Below, one piece after another: positions 19,178 to 29,034 of a stretch of DNA of 64,000 nt. The notes below the pieces were generated by a model. It did not search any database. It saw only the letters and a list, made by a program, of their open reading frames with translations, and had not been told where the DNA came from. The DNA comes from an uncultured Oscillospiraceae bacterium. GTDB taxonomy: Bacteria > Bacillota > Clostridia > Oscillospirales > Ruminococcaceae. The stretch's first letter is position 1; each line of letters begins with the position of its first letter. The DNA is taken from NCBI GenBank assembly GCA_934513685.1, contig CAKSWY010000002.1, positions 57,946 through 121,945 of the forward strand, given 5' to 3'. Position numbers and translations under genes: made by a program.

Positions 19178-22100
19178 TCAGCGAACCGCCACATTTCCCT
19201 CGCCCAGAATGCGGTTCAACTCGCTGTACAGAAGGGGGTGATCCAGCGCCCACAGGGTGCGCGGGGCCAGCACCATCTTTCCGGTGTCCACAAAGCGGAT
19301 GTAGACCGGCATGGTCCCGTCCAGAATGCCCAGCAGGCTGCGCACCTTGGCCATCTGGGGGCTGTCCTTTCCGGGCAGCTTCAGATACACGGCCTTCGGG
19401 CTTTCCTTCGCCACCGTACTGCGCTTGGCCAGGTTCTGCTGATCGGGCGTGTAGCGGTCAATGGGCACCACATGGTCGGCCAGCAGTTTGGCCGGTTCTT
19501 CCTCTTTGACCGAGACCCGGCCGCTCACCACCACAACAGCGTTGTCCTGCAGGGCATCCCGGCAGTCGGCAAGCGTCTTGGGGAAGATCAAAATCTCCAT
19601 GGTGCCGGTCAGGTCCTCCACTGTGGTAAAGGCCATCAGCGTGTTGGATTTGGTCGTCATAAACTTGGTTTTGACCACCGTGCACACCAGATTTACCTGC
19701 CTGCCGTCGTATTCTTTGGCGCTTTCACCGGAAAGCGCCAAAATCTGGCAAGTGGCGTACTGCTCAATCTTTTCGCGGTAACTGTCCAGCGGATGGCCGG
19801 ACAGATACAGCCCGCTCACATCCTTCTCCATGCGCAGCAGTTCCTGCGGCGAGTACTCGGGCACCTTGGGGATGTGGTAATCGTCCCACTCGTCTTCATC
19901 GTCCAGCTGACTGAACAGGTCCAGCTGCCCGGCGACGTTTTTTCGCGCATCGGTTTCCACGCTTTTCAGAATGCCTTCTACCGACTCCAGCATTCCCCGC
20001 CGGGTGTCCTCCAACTGGTCAAAAGCTCCGGCCTTGATGAGGCTTTCCACCGCCCGGCGGTTGATCTCCACGCCGTACAGCCGCTTGCAGTAATCGTACA
20101 GGCTGCGGAAGGGCGTTTCCTTGCGCTCCTGCACGGTGGTGGCGATCAGGTTGCGGCCCACGTTTTTCACCGCATTCAGGCCAAACCGGATGTTCTGTCC
20201 GTCCACGGTAAAGCCGCCGTCGCTCACATTGATGTCCGGCGGCAGCACCTGAATGCCCAGGCGCTGGCACTCACCGGAGTACTCGATGACCTTGTCGGTG
20301 TTGTCCAGCACGCTGGTGAGCAGCGCCGCCATAAACTGGCTGCGGTAATGGCACTTCAGGTACGCGGTCTGATACGCCACATAGGCATAGCAGGCGGCAT
20401 GAGATTTATTGAAGGCGTAGGACGCAAAGCTGGACATATCGTCAAAGATGGCATTGGCCGCCTCCTCCGAAATGCCGTTTTTAATGCAGCCGTTGCATTC
20501 CTGCCCGGGGGTCGTGTTGCCGTACACGAAGTGCTGGCGTTCTTTTTCCATCACATCGTGCTTTTTCTTGCTCATTGCACGGCGCACCAGGTCAGCCTGG
20601 CCATAGGAGAAGCCGGCCAGCTCCCGGCAGATCTGCATGACCTGCTCCTGATACACGATGCAGCCGTTGGTCACGTCCAGAATGTGCGCCAGTTCCGGCG
20701 TTTTATAGCGGATCTGGTCCGGCTGGCGGCGGTTGCGCAGGTAGGTGGGAATGGAATCCATGGGGCCGGGGCGGTACAGGCTGATCAGAGCGATGACGTC
20801 CTCAAGGCTCTGCGGGTGCAGCCCGGCCAGAACCTGCCGCATGCCTGTGGATTCCAGCTGGAACACACCCTCGGTTTCGCCCTGGGCCAGCATTTCGTAG
20901 GTGGCCTTGTCCTCATAGGAGATGGCATCCAGCGAAAAATCCGGCTGCACCCGGCGAATCATCTCCTCGGCGTCGTGCAGTACCGTCAGGGTACGCAGGC
21001 CCAAAAAGTCCATCTTCAGCAGGCCCAGCTCCTCAATGGTGGTCATGTTGAACTGGGTCACCGGCACACCGTCGTTGGTGGAAAGGGGCACATACTCATT
21101 GGCCGCCTCCCGGGTGATCACCACGCCTGCCGCGTGGGTAGAGGCATGGCGGGGCATTCCCTCGATCTTGATGGCGGTGTCGATCAGCTCCTGCACCTTG
21201 GGATCGGCGTCGTAGCGGGCTTTCAGCTCCGGCGAAACCTCCATGGCCCGGTGCAGGGTCATTTTCAGCTCCATCGGCACCAGTTTGGCGACTCCATCCA
21301 CCTCCTGATAGGGGATGTCCAGCACACGGCCCACGTCCCGAATGGCCGCACGGGCCGCCATGGTTCCGAAGGTAACGATCTGGGCCACATGGTCATGGCC
21401 GTACTTCCGGTTCACATAGTCAATGACCTCCTGCCGCCGTTCGTAGCAGAAGTCCACGTCAAAGTCGGGCATACTCACGCGCTCCGGATTCAGAAAGCGT
21501 TCGAACAGCAGGTTGTACCGAATGGGGTCGATGTTGGTAATGCCTACGCAGTAGGCGCACAGGCTGCCCGCGCCACTGCCGCGGCCGGGGCCTACCGGAA
21601 TTCCCTGGCTTTTTGCGTAATTGATAAAGTCGAACACAATGAGGTAATAGTTGGTGTACCCCATGCGCTTGATGACCCCAATTTCATATTCCAGGCGCTT
21701 GGTCAGCTCCGGGTCGGGATGTTCGCCGTAGCGGCGCACCAGACCTTCCCGGCAGAGCTTCTCAAAGTACTCCTGATTTTCCATTCCGTCCGGCGCTTCA
21801 AAGTAAGGCAGCTTGGTCACGCCAAACTCAAAATCGAAGTTACACTGCTCGGCAATTTTGTTGGTGTTCTCACACGCCTCCGGGCAGATGGAGAACAGAT
21901 CGTACATCTCATCGGTGCTTTTGAGGTAGAACTCGTCCGTCTCAAATTCCATCCGATCCTGGTCGTTCACGGTTTTGCCCGTCTGAATGCAGATCAGGAT
22001 GCTCTGCATCTTGCTGTCTTCCTTGCGCAGGTAGTGGGCATCGTTGGTGGCCACCAGCGGAATGCCCGTCTCTTTGGAAAGGCGGAGCAGCTGGGGCAGC

Positions 22101-22660
22101 ACCGTCTGCTGCTCCTCAATGCCGTGGTCCTGAACCTCCAGGTAGTAATTTCCCTGCCCAAACAGGTTGTTGTACCACAGCGCAATTTCCTTGGCGCGGT
22201 CGTAATCACCGGCCAGCAGCGCCTGCGGCACCTCGCCCGCCAGGCAGGCCGACAGGCAGATCAGCCCTTCGTGGTACTGTTCCAGCAGCTCATGGTCCAC
22301 ACGGGGCTTGGAGTAAAAGCCCTCAATGAACCCGGCACTGACCATTTTAATGAGGTTTTTATACCCGGTTTCATTTTTACACAGCAAAATCAGGTGGCGG
22401 TTGCCGTCAATGCGGGCTACCTTGTCAAACCGGGTGCGGGTGGCCACATACACCTCACAGCCGATGATCGGCTTGATGCCCGCCTTTTTAGCTGCCTTAT
22501 AAAAATCCACACAGCCGTACATCACGCCATGGTCGGTGATGGCAATGGCGGTCTGGCCCAGTTCCTTCACCCGGTCAAACAGCTGATCAATGCGGCACGC
22601 GCCGTCCAACAGGCTGTACTCCGTGTGTACGTGCAGATGGGTAAATTGCCGTTCAGCCAT
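19178..22660 (-). CDS. dnaE: DNA polymerase III alpha subunit
   Basis: 1160 aa; N-terminal PHP domain (HLHVHTEYSLLDGA), polymerase core and C-terminal OB fold. Confidence 0.95.
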   Translation of the reverse strand: MAERQFTHLHVHTEYSLLDGACRIDQLFDRVKELGQTAIAITDHGVMYGCVDFYKAAKKAGIKPIIGCEVYVATRTRFDKVARIDGNRHLILLCKNETGYKNLIKMVSAGFIEGFYSKPRVDHELLEQYHEGLICLSACLAGEVPQALLAGDYDRAKEIALWYNNLFGQGNYYLEVQDHGIEEQQTVLPQLLRLSKETGIPLVATNDAHYLRKEDSKMQSILICIQTGKTVNDQDRMEFETDEFYLKSTDEMYDLFSICPEACENTNKIAEQCNFDFEFGVTKLPYFEAPDGMENQEYFEKLCREGLVRRYGEHPDPELTKRLEYEIGVIKRMGYTNYYLIVFDFINYAKSQGIPVGPGRGSGAGSLCAYCVGITNIDPIRYNLLFERFLNPERVSMPDFDVDFCYERRQEVIDYVNRKYGHDHVAQIVTFGTMAARAAIRDVGRVLDIPYQEVDGVAKLVPMELKMTLHRAMEVSPELKARYDADPKVQELIDTAIKIEGMPRHASTHAAGVVITREAANEYVPLSTNDGVPVTQFNMTTIEELGLLKMDFLGLRTLTVLHDAEEMIRRVQPDFSLDAISYEDKATYEMLAQGETEGVFQLESTGMRQVLAGLHPQSLEDVIALISLYRPGPMDSIPTYLRNRRQPDQIRYKTPELAHILDVTNGCIVYQEQVMQICRELAGFSYGQADLVRRAMSKKKHDVMEKERQHFVYGNTTPGQECNGCIKNGISEEAANAIFDDMSSFASYAFNKSHAACYAYVAYQTAYLKCHYRSQFMAALLTSVLDNTDKVIEYSGECQRLGIQVLPPDINVSDGGFTVDGQNIRFGLNAVKNVGRNLIATTVQERKETPFRSLYDYCKRLYGVEINRRAVESLIKAGAFDQLEDTRRGMLESVEGILKSVETDARKNVAGQLDLFSQLDDEDEWDDYHIPKVPEYSPQELLRMEKDVSGLYLSGHPLDSYREKIEQYATCQILALSGESAKEYDGRQVNLVCTVVKTKFMTTKSNTLMAFTTVEDLTGTMEILIFPKTLADCRDALQDNAVVVVSGRVSVKEEEPAKLLADHVVPIDRYTPDQQNLAKRSTVAKESPKAVYLKLPGKDSPQMAKVRSLLGILDGTMPVYIRFVDTGKMVLAPRTLWALDHPLLYSELNRILGEGNVAVR

Positions 22661-23570
22661 GCTCTCTCCTCTCCCGCAGGGTTTCTGCGATCTCCTGCAA
22701 GCGCTTGAACCGGTGCGACAGTCCCGACCGGCTCACCGGCGGGTCCAGCAGCGGGGCCAGCTGCGCCAGCGAAGCGTCCGGCTGCTCCAGCCGCACCTGG
22801 GCCGCCTGGCGCAGCGGCTCCGGCAGGCCGGCCAGGTCGCCGTGCTCTTCCAAATAACGCACCGCCTTGTTCACCGGCGCGTTGGCCGCGGCCATTTTGC
22901 TCAGGTTGGCCGTTTCGCAGTTGATGATGCGATTGGTCTTGTTGCGCACGTCCTTCACCATCTTCAGCTCCATCAGCTGCATGGCCGCCTTGGGCGCGCC
23001 CATAAAGGTCAAAAGGTCCACCAGCGGTTCGCTGGCCTTGACATAAATCACGTTGGCCCCCTTGCGCACGGTGCGATGCGGGCAGAATTCATGCTCGGCG
23101 ATGAGGGCCTCAAAATCCCGCGCCAGATTGCGCCGGCCGGTCAGGAATTCCAGATTGTACTCCTTCTGCGGGTCGGTCATGGTGCCGCTGCACAAAAATG
23201 CCATGGACACAAAGGCGCTCACACAACCGCTGCACTGCAGAATGGCCGGGTTGATGCGTAGGCTGGCCTCGGTTCCGGTGTGCCCGAACAATTCCATCAT
23301 ACGGGCCACCTGCTCCGGGTCTTTCACGCTGAATTCGCTGATGGGGCCGCCCAGCCGCTCTTTCTGAACGATCTCGCCCTCAATGCCCACCCGATGGTAC
23401 AGCTTCTGCACCAGCCGGGCCGCTTCCGGAATTTCGGTGTGCAGCACCATTCCCTGGGCATCAAAATACTTGCCGAAGCAGGCCGCTCCGTAACAGGCCG
23501 CCAGCGCACAGCAGGGTTTGCCGATGCGCCGGGCAATGATCTCATATTTTACGTCCTGCGAAAAACTCAA
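22653..23570 (-). CDS. whiA: Sporulation/cell-division transcription regulator WhiA
   Basis: ~306 aa from a TTG start (LSFSQDVKYEI, RBS GGAGAG); LAGLADGxD-homing-endonuclease-like domain plus C-terminal HTH. The six-frame ORF is over-extended upstream. Confidence 0.8.
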   Translation of the reverse strand: MSFSQDVKYEIIARRIGKPCCALAACYGAACFGKYFDAQGMVLHTEIPEAARLVQKLYHRVGIEGEIVQKERLGGPISEFSVKDPEQVARMMELFGHTGTEASLRINPAILQCSGCVSAFVSMAFLCSGTMTDPQKEYNLEFLTGRRNLARDFEALIAEHEFCPHRTVRKGANVIYVKASEPLVDLLTFMGAPKAAMQLMELKMVKDVRNKTNRIINCETANLSKMAAANAPVNKAVRYLEEHGDLAGLPEPLRQAAQVRLEQPDASLAQLAPLLDPPVSRSGLSHRFKRLQEIAETLRERREHG

Positions 23571-23710
23571 GGGTACTCTCCGTTCTTTGAAACCACTGCC
23601 GTCAGCCATTCTTTTCCGCACTCTGCGGCCCAAAGCATGACTGACGGCATTGCTTGTTTGAATTGTCTGCCGGCCTGCGCATTCTGAAGCGGCTGTGCCG
23701 GAAATCGTGT

Positions 23711-24574
23711 TCAGTTTGTGCGGCGGGCATCCCGATGCTGCACGCTGGGCTCATAGCCAAGCCGGTCGCAGAATTCCGCCAGTTTGCGGGCAAATGTGAT
23801 GGAGCGGTGTTTGCCGCCGGTGCAGCCCACGGCCACCGTCAGCTGGCTCTTGCCCTCCTGCACATACAGGGGCAGAGAGTACTCCAGCAGCCCTTCCATG
23901 CGCTTGAGCAGTTCCTGCGACTGCGCCGAGTTCATCACATAGTCCACCACTTCCTGATCCAGGCCGGTCTTGTCCTTCAGCTCCGGCACATAGAAGGGGT
24001 TGGGCAGGCAGCGCACGTCAAACACAATGTCCGCCTCGGCGGGCAGGCCGAACTTGAACCCGAAGGACACAATGTTCAGGGCCATGGGCCGCTCATGTCC
24101 GGTCAAGAACAGCGCACAGATACGCTCTTTGTTCTGGGCCGTGGAGAGCAGCGAGGTATCCACCACAAAATCCGCCCGTTCAAACAGGGGGCGCAGGATC
24201 TGCCGCTCCCGCACAATGGCTTCGCTGGTGGAAATGCCCTCGCTGATGCTGATGGGGTGGCGGCGGCGGGTCTCTTTGTAGCGGCGGCGCAGCACATCGT
24301 CCGTGGCCTCCAGAAACAGTATCCGATAATCCACCTTCCGGTCGTCCAGCGTGGCCAGTGCGTCCCGAATCTCCTGCGGCGAGCGGGCACCGCGGATGTC
24401 CAGGCCCACCGCCACCTTTTTCAGCAGGTTGCCGCCCTGCTGGGCAAACTCCAGCAGGCGGGGCATCAGCCCGGCGGGAATGTTGTCAATGCAAAAATAG
24501 CCAATGTCCTCCAGCGCGTTCATCGCCAGAGATTTGCCCGCACCGGAAAGCCCGGTCACGATCACAAGTTCCAT
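23711..24574 (-). CDS. rapZ: RNase adapter / nucleotide-binding protein RapZ (YvcJ)
   Basis: 287 aa; MELVIVTGLSGAGKSLAMNALEDIGYFCIDNIP Walker A N-terminus typical of RapZ. Confidence 0.9.
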   Translation of the reverse strand: MELVIVTGLSGAGKSLAMNALEDIGYFCIDNIPAGLMPRLLEFAQQGGNLLKKVAVGLDIRGARSPQEIRDALATLDDRKVDYRILFLEATDDVLRRRYKETRRRHPISISEGISTSEAIVRERQILRPLFERADFVVDTSLLSTAQNKERICALFLTGHERPMALNIVSFGFKFGLPAEADIVFDVRCLPNPFYVPELKDKTGLDQEVVDYVMNSAQSQELLKRMEGLLEYSLPLYVQEGKSQLTVAVGCTGGKHRSITFARKLAEFCDRLGYEPSVQHRDARRTN

Positions 24575-24704
24575 TTTTCGCTCCTGTTCTGCCCGGCCCC
24601 GCCGATTTGTTCCGGCGCCGGGTACTTTCCCATCCTGTCTGGCAGCCGCTGTCTTGTTTCCCGCGTGCTGTCCCGTTCGCCCTCTCCGGGCGGTGAAACC
24701 CGCC

Positions 24705-25622
24705 TTACTTCACCACACGGATTTCCCGTTCCAGCGTGTAGCCGGTTTTCTCCTTCACCACACGGATCACCTGTTCCGTGAGGGCGATCACATCGGCGCA
24801 GGTCGCGCCGCCTAAGTTTACCACAAAGCCGCTGTGCTTCCGGCTCACGGCCGCGCCGCCCACCTGAAGGCCCTTCAGGCCGCACTGCTCAATGAGGGCG
24901 GCCGCAAAGGCCCCCTGGGGCCGCTTGAAGGTGCTGCCTGCGCTGGGCCATTCCAGCGGCTGCTTTTCCCGGCGCTTGGCAAGCAGCTCCGCCATGCGGG
25001 CGCGAATGGCTGCCTTGTCGCCATGGGCAAGGCGAAGCGTGGCCGAGAGTACACAGCTGCCGTCCTGCTCAAACACGCTGGTACGGTACCCGAACGCCAG
25101 TTCATCGGCCGTGCGGGTCTCCACCGTTCCCTCCGGGGTCAGGCAGGTCACCGTTTCCACCACGTCCTTCATCTCACCGCCGTAAGCACCGGCGTTCATA
25201 TACAGCGCGCCGCCCAGGCTTCCCGGAATGCCGCAGGCAAATTCCAGGCCGGTCAGCCCGGCGTCCCGCGCCATGGCGCACAGGGCCGTCAGCCCGGCCC
25301 CGGCCGGTGCCGTCATGCGTTCGCCCTCAATGCGCGGCACATCGCCCATCATGCGGGTGCAGATGACTGCTCCGTCAAACCCTTCGTCCGCGAACAGCGT
25401 ATTGGAGCCCTGCCCCAACAGATAATATCGCACATCGGATTTTTTGCAGGCTGCCAGCGCCGCTTCCAGCTGCCGGGCATCGGCAGGGCGGGCAAACAAA
25501 GCCGCCGGGCCGCCGATTTTAAAAGTGGTATACCGGGCAAGGGGCGTACCGCACTCATACGGCACGCCCTCCCGGTCCCACAAGCCTTTCAGCATTTCCA
25601 GCTGATCCTGTCTCATGGTCAT
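24705..25622 (-). CDS. murB: UDP-N-acetylenolpyruvoylglucosamine reductase
   Basis: 305 aa; FAD-binding TTFKIGGPA and LGQGSN motifs. Confidence 0.9.
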   Translation of the reverse strand: MTMRQDQLEMLKGLWDREGVPYECGTPLARYTTFKIGGPAALFARPADARQLEAALAACKKSDVRYYLLGQGSNTLFADEGFDGAVICTRMMGDVPRIEGERMTAPAGAGLTALCAMARDAGLTGLEFACGIPGSLGGALYMNAGAYGGEMKDVVETVTCLTPEGTVETRTADELAFGYRTSVFEQDGSCVLSATLRLAHGDKAAIRARMAELLAKRREKQPLEWPSAGSTFKRPQGAFAAALIEQCGLKGLQVGGAAVSRKHSGFVVNLGGATCADVIALTEQVIRVVKEKTGYTLEREIRVVK

Positions 25623-25645
25623 GTTCTCCTCGTTTCAGCGCAGGC

Positions 25646-26611
25646 TCAGGCCATCTGCTGCTCGCCCAGGCTGGCTGCACCCAACACGCCCGCATCGTTC
25701 TTCAGCTCGGCTGCTTTGATGACCGTGCGCTTTTTGCCGTTGCGCGCATACTCTTCTCGGTCCACATACTCCCGGATGGGTCCCAGCAGGGTCTCGCCCT
25801 GCGCCGAAACGCCGCCGCCGATGCAGATCACTTCCGGCTGGAAAATGTTCACCACGTCGGTAATGCCGCAGGCCACATACTCGATCCAGTTCGACACCAC
25901 AGTTTTGGCCAGCTCATCGCCTGCATGCAGGGCATCAAAGGCGGTTTTGGCGCCCACCTTGGTCAGGTCGCCGCCCACCAGTTTCCACATCATGTTGTCA
26001 GGGTTGGCCAGCATCGCGGCTCGGGTGTCCTCAGTCAGGGCGCGGGCGCTGGCGTACTTTTCCCAGCAGCCGCGGCGGCCGCACATGCAAGGCCGGCCGC
26101 CCTTCACCACAACGGTGTGGCCCAGCTCGGCACCGGCGTAGTTAAAGCCGGCAAAGATCTTGCCGTTGATGATGATGCCGCCGCCGATGCCGGTGCCCAG
26201 GGTGATGGCCACCGCATACTTTGCCCCCTTGGCTGCACCGGCGATGTATTCGCCGTAGGCCGCCGCATTGGCGTCGTTTTCAATATACACCTTGCAGCCC
26301 AGCAGCTTTTCCATGTTGGCCTGCAATGCCCAATCGTTGTAGCCGAAGTTCGCATTGAACTCCACCACGCCGCTCTCGCTGTTCACACTGCCGGGTGTGC
26401 CGATGCCCACCCACTTCAGGTCGCTCATCGCAAACTTGTGCTTTTCGGCCAGCTGGCGGCAAAGCCCGGCAATCTCCTGCTCCACTTCTTCCGAAGGCCG
26501 GGGCAGCCCGGTGAGGCAGCTTGCACGGTCCACAATGTTATGGTCTTTGTCCACAAGGCCGGCCGTGATGGTCGTGCCGCCCAGATCTACGCCAATGGTA
26601 TACTGTTCCAT
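25646..26611 (-). CDS. glcK: ROK-family glucokinase
   Basis: 321 aa; N-terminal IGVDLGGTTITAGLV ATPase motif and the ROK CxCGxxGCxE zinc motif (CMCGRRGCWE). Confidence 0.85.
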   Translation of the reverse strand: MEQYTIGVDLGGTTITAGLVDKDHNIVDRASCLTGLPRPSEEVEQEIAGLCRQLAEKHKFAMSDLKWVGIGTPGSVNSESGVVEFNANFGYNDWALQANMEKLLGCKVYIENDANAAAYGEYIAGAAKGAKYAVAITLGTGIGGGIIINGKIFAGFNYAGAELGHTVVVKGGRPCMCGRRGCWEKYASARALTEDTRAAMLANPDNMMWKLVGGDLTKVGAKTAFDALHAGDELAKTVVSNWIEYVACGITDVVNIFQPEVICIGGGVSAQGETLLGPIREYVDREEYARNGKKRTVIKAAELKNDAGVLGAASLGEQQMA

Positions 26612-26639
26612 AGTTTTTTTCTCCTCACTTTGCAGCGTT

Positions 26640-27578
26640 TCAGGTTTTGTTGCTCAGGTCGTCCTCTAGACCAAGGCGGGTCAGCAGCTCCTGTGCGGCG
26701 CTGTACCCCATCTTCTTCTGGCGGTTCGTGATGGCTGCTGTCTCCAGAATCACCGCCAGGTTTCGGCCGGGCATCACCGGAATGACCGTGCTGGGAATCT
26801 GCACGCCCAGAATCTCATAGTTTTCACCGGTCAGGCCGGTACGGTCGTAGGTTTTGCTCTTGTCCCAGGGTTCCAGCTCCACCACCAGGTCAATGTTGGC
26901 GCTGGTTTTCACGGCGCCAATGCCGAAGGTGCGGGCCACGTTTACAATGCCAATGCCCCGCAGCTCCAGAAAATGGCGGATGTTCTCCGGCGAGGTGCCG
27001 ATGACGGTGGTGCCGGAAGTGCGGCGCAGTTCCACCGCGTCATCCGCAATCAGCCGGTGGCCGCGCTTCACCAGCTCCACCGCCGTCTCGCTTTTGCCCA
27101 CGCCGCTGTCGCCCAGAATCAGGATGCCCTCGCCGTACACCTCCACGCACACGCCATGGCGGGTCACGCGGGGGGCCAGCTCCACATTCAGGTAGCTGAT
27201 CAGGTTGCTCATCAGCGTGGAGGAGGTTTCGGCCGAGCGCATCAGGGGCACATCGTACCAGCGGGCAAAGTCCAGCATTTCATCCAGCGGGTCCATCCCG
27301 CGGGAAATGATCACGGTGGGGGGCTTCATGCTGAACAGCTTTTCCAGATGGTTGCGCCGCTCATCGTCCGGCAGGTCTTTCAGATACGCCATCTCCACCA
27401 TGCCGATGATCTGAATTCGGGTGGCGTCAAAATACTGATAAAAGCCTGCCAACATAATGCCGGGGCGGTTGATGTCCGCCGTGGTGATGGGAATCTGCCA
27501 CAGGTCCTTGGGGGCGTACAGGCTCTCCAGGTTCAGCTGCTTTGCCAGTTTTCCGAGCGGGACTGAAAATTGGGGCAT
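26640..27578 (-). CDS. hprK: HPr kinase/phosphorylase
   Basis: ~313 aa from ATG 27578 (MPQFSV..., RBS GGAAAGGAA); Walker A GDSGVGKSE and the HprK C-terminal signature LELRGIGIVNV. Confidence 0.88.
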   Translation of the reverse strand: MPQFSVPLGKLAKQLNLESLYAPKDLWQIPITTADINRPGIMLAGFYQYFDATRIQIIGMVEMAYLKDLPDDERRNHLEKLFSMKPPTVIISRGMDPLDEMLDFARWYDVPLMRSAETSSTLMSNLISYLNVELAPRVTRHGVCVEVYGEGILILGDSGVGKSETAVELVKRGHRLIADDAVELRRTSGTTVIGTSPENIRHFLELRGIGIVNVARTFGIGAVKTSANIDLVVELEPWDKSKTYDRTGLTGENYEILGVQIPSTVIPVMPGRNLAVILETAAITNRQKKMGYSAAQELLTRLGLEDDLSNKT

Positions 27579-27863
27579 TGCTTCAACATTCCTTTCCTGA
27601 AACATTCGGGCCGCAGTGGCCCCGGGCCAAGGCAGCGTTTTCCGGCCTTCGTCCGTTTTGTGCGGGGGCCGCCGAACCAGCGCCCCCATCAAATCTTCTA
27701 TTTATTATATACGCAAACCGCCGGAATGGGAATAGCGTTCCCCCTCATTTTATCTCAAATCTCTTCCTCTCTTTTCATTTTCCGGGGCAGCGGTTCCGCT
27801 TTTTGCCCTTGTGGCGCGCGCAGGCCCTCCCGCATAGGATGTGCCCAAAGGAGGGAAACATTT

Positions 27864-28982
27864 ATGGAACACACCCATGCACCCATTCAGGCCAACTTTT
27901 TCCTGGGCTGCCTGTCCCCCACCGGCTTCCGGGGCTACTTTCACGAGCTGGCCCGGCAGCCCGGCCTTGCGCTCTGGCTCATCAAGGCCGGGCCGGGCTG
28001 CGGCAAGTCCACCCTGATGAAGCAGCTGACCGCCCGCGGCCGCGGCGTGGTGGAACACATCCACTGCTCTTCGGACCCGGACAGCCTGGACGGCGCCATC
28101 TTCTGGCAGGAGGGCTGCGGCATTGTGGACGCCACCGCGCCCCACACCCTGGACCCGGCCTATCCGGTGGCGCACGAACAGGTGGTGAGCCTGTATCACA
28201 CCCTGAACCGGGCCTATCTGCAGGAGAACCGCGAAGAGATCCAGCGCCTGTTTGACCTGTGCAGCCGGTTCCAGGGCCGGGCCGCCCGCTATGTCTCCGC
28301 CGCCGGGGGCATTCTGCTGGACAGCCGCCGCACCGCCGCCTGCACCACCGACTTTGACAAGGTCCGCAAAGAAGCCGCCCGGCTGGCCGCCCGCTATCTG
28401 CCCAGCCTGCCCGGCCCCGGCCTTGCCTGCGACCGGCTGCTCAGTGCCGTCACCCCGCAAGGGCGAATCGTCTACAGCGATACCATTGCTGCCCTCACCG
28501 ACCGGCAGGTGGTTCTGCAGGACGAAACCGGCGCGGCCAGCCGCCTGCTGCTGGAGCTTCTGCGGGACGCCGCCCTGCAAAAGGGCCACCGGGTCATCGT
28601 GTGCTGGTGCCCCATGGCGCCGGGCGACAAAATCGACCACCTGATCTTCCCCGACCTGCGCCTTGCCTTCCTCACCGCCAACAGCTGGCACCCGCTGCAC
28701 TTTGAGGGGCAGCGCACCATTCGCTGTGCCCGGTTCAGCACCCAGCCCACGCTGAGCTGCCGCCGTAAACGGCTGCGCTTCAACAAAAAGGCCGCGGAGG
28801 ACCTTCTGACACAGGCCAGTGCCATGCAGGCTTCCGCCAAGCAGAATCATGACCTGCTGGAGGAGTTTTATAAGGCTGCGGCAGATTTTTCTCAGGTGGA
28901 GGCCATCGGCCGGGAGACCGCTCGCGCCATGGGGCTGCAGGAACCGCCGCCGGATTGCACACCCGCGCAAAATACGCTATGA
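27864..28982 (+). CDS. Uncharacterised P-loop NTPase (Walker A GPGCGKST)
   Basis: 372 aa from ATG 27864 (RBS AAGGAGGG); Walker A WLIKAGPGCGKSTLMKQL. Sits directly upstream of, and co-oriented with, the nuclease-helicase gene. Confidence 0.55.
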   Translation: MEHTHAPIQANFFLGCLSPTGFRGYFHELARQPGLALWLIKAGPGCGKSTLMKQLTARGRGVVEHIHCSSDPDSLDGAIFWQEGCGIVDATAPHTLDPAYPVAHEQVVSLYHTLNRAYLQENREEIQRLFDLCSRFQGRAARYVSAAGGILLDSRRTAACTTDFDKVRKEAARLAARYLPSLPGPGLACDRLLSAVTPQGRIVYSDTIAALTDRQVVLQDETGAASRLLLELLRDAALQKGHRVIVCWCPMAPGDKIDHLIFPDLRLAFLTANSWHPLHFEGQRTIRCARFSTQPTLSCRRKRLRFNKKAAEDLLTQASAMQASAKQNHDLLEEFYKAAADFSQVEAIGRETARAMGLQEPPPDCTPAQNTL

Positions 28983-29034
28983 TAAAGTCAATCATTTCTC
29001 CAAATTCAATTTTGGAAAGGAGACCCGAACGAAT

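Noticed and set aside
19070-22708. 1212-aa ORF on the plus strand
   Set aside because: Lies entirely antisense to dnaE, which has unambiguous polymerase III alpha motifs. Its translation is low-complexity (Gly/Ala/Val/His-rich), as expected for antisense of a high-GC gene.
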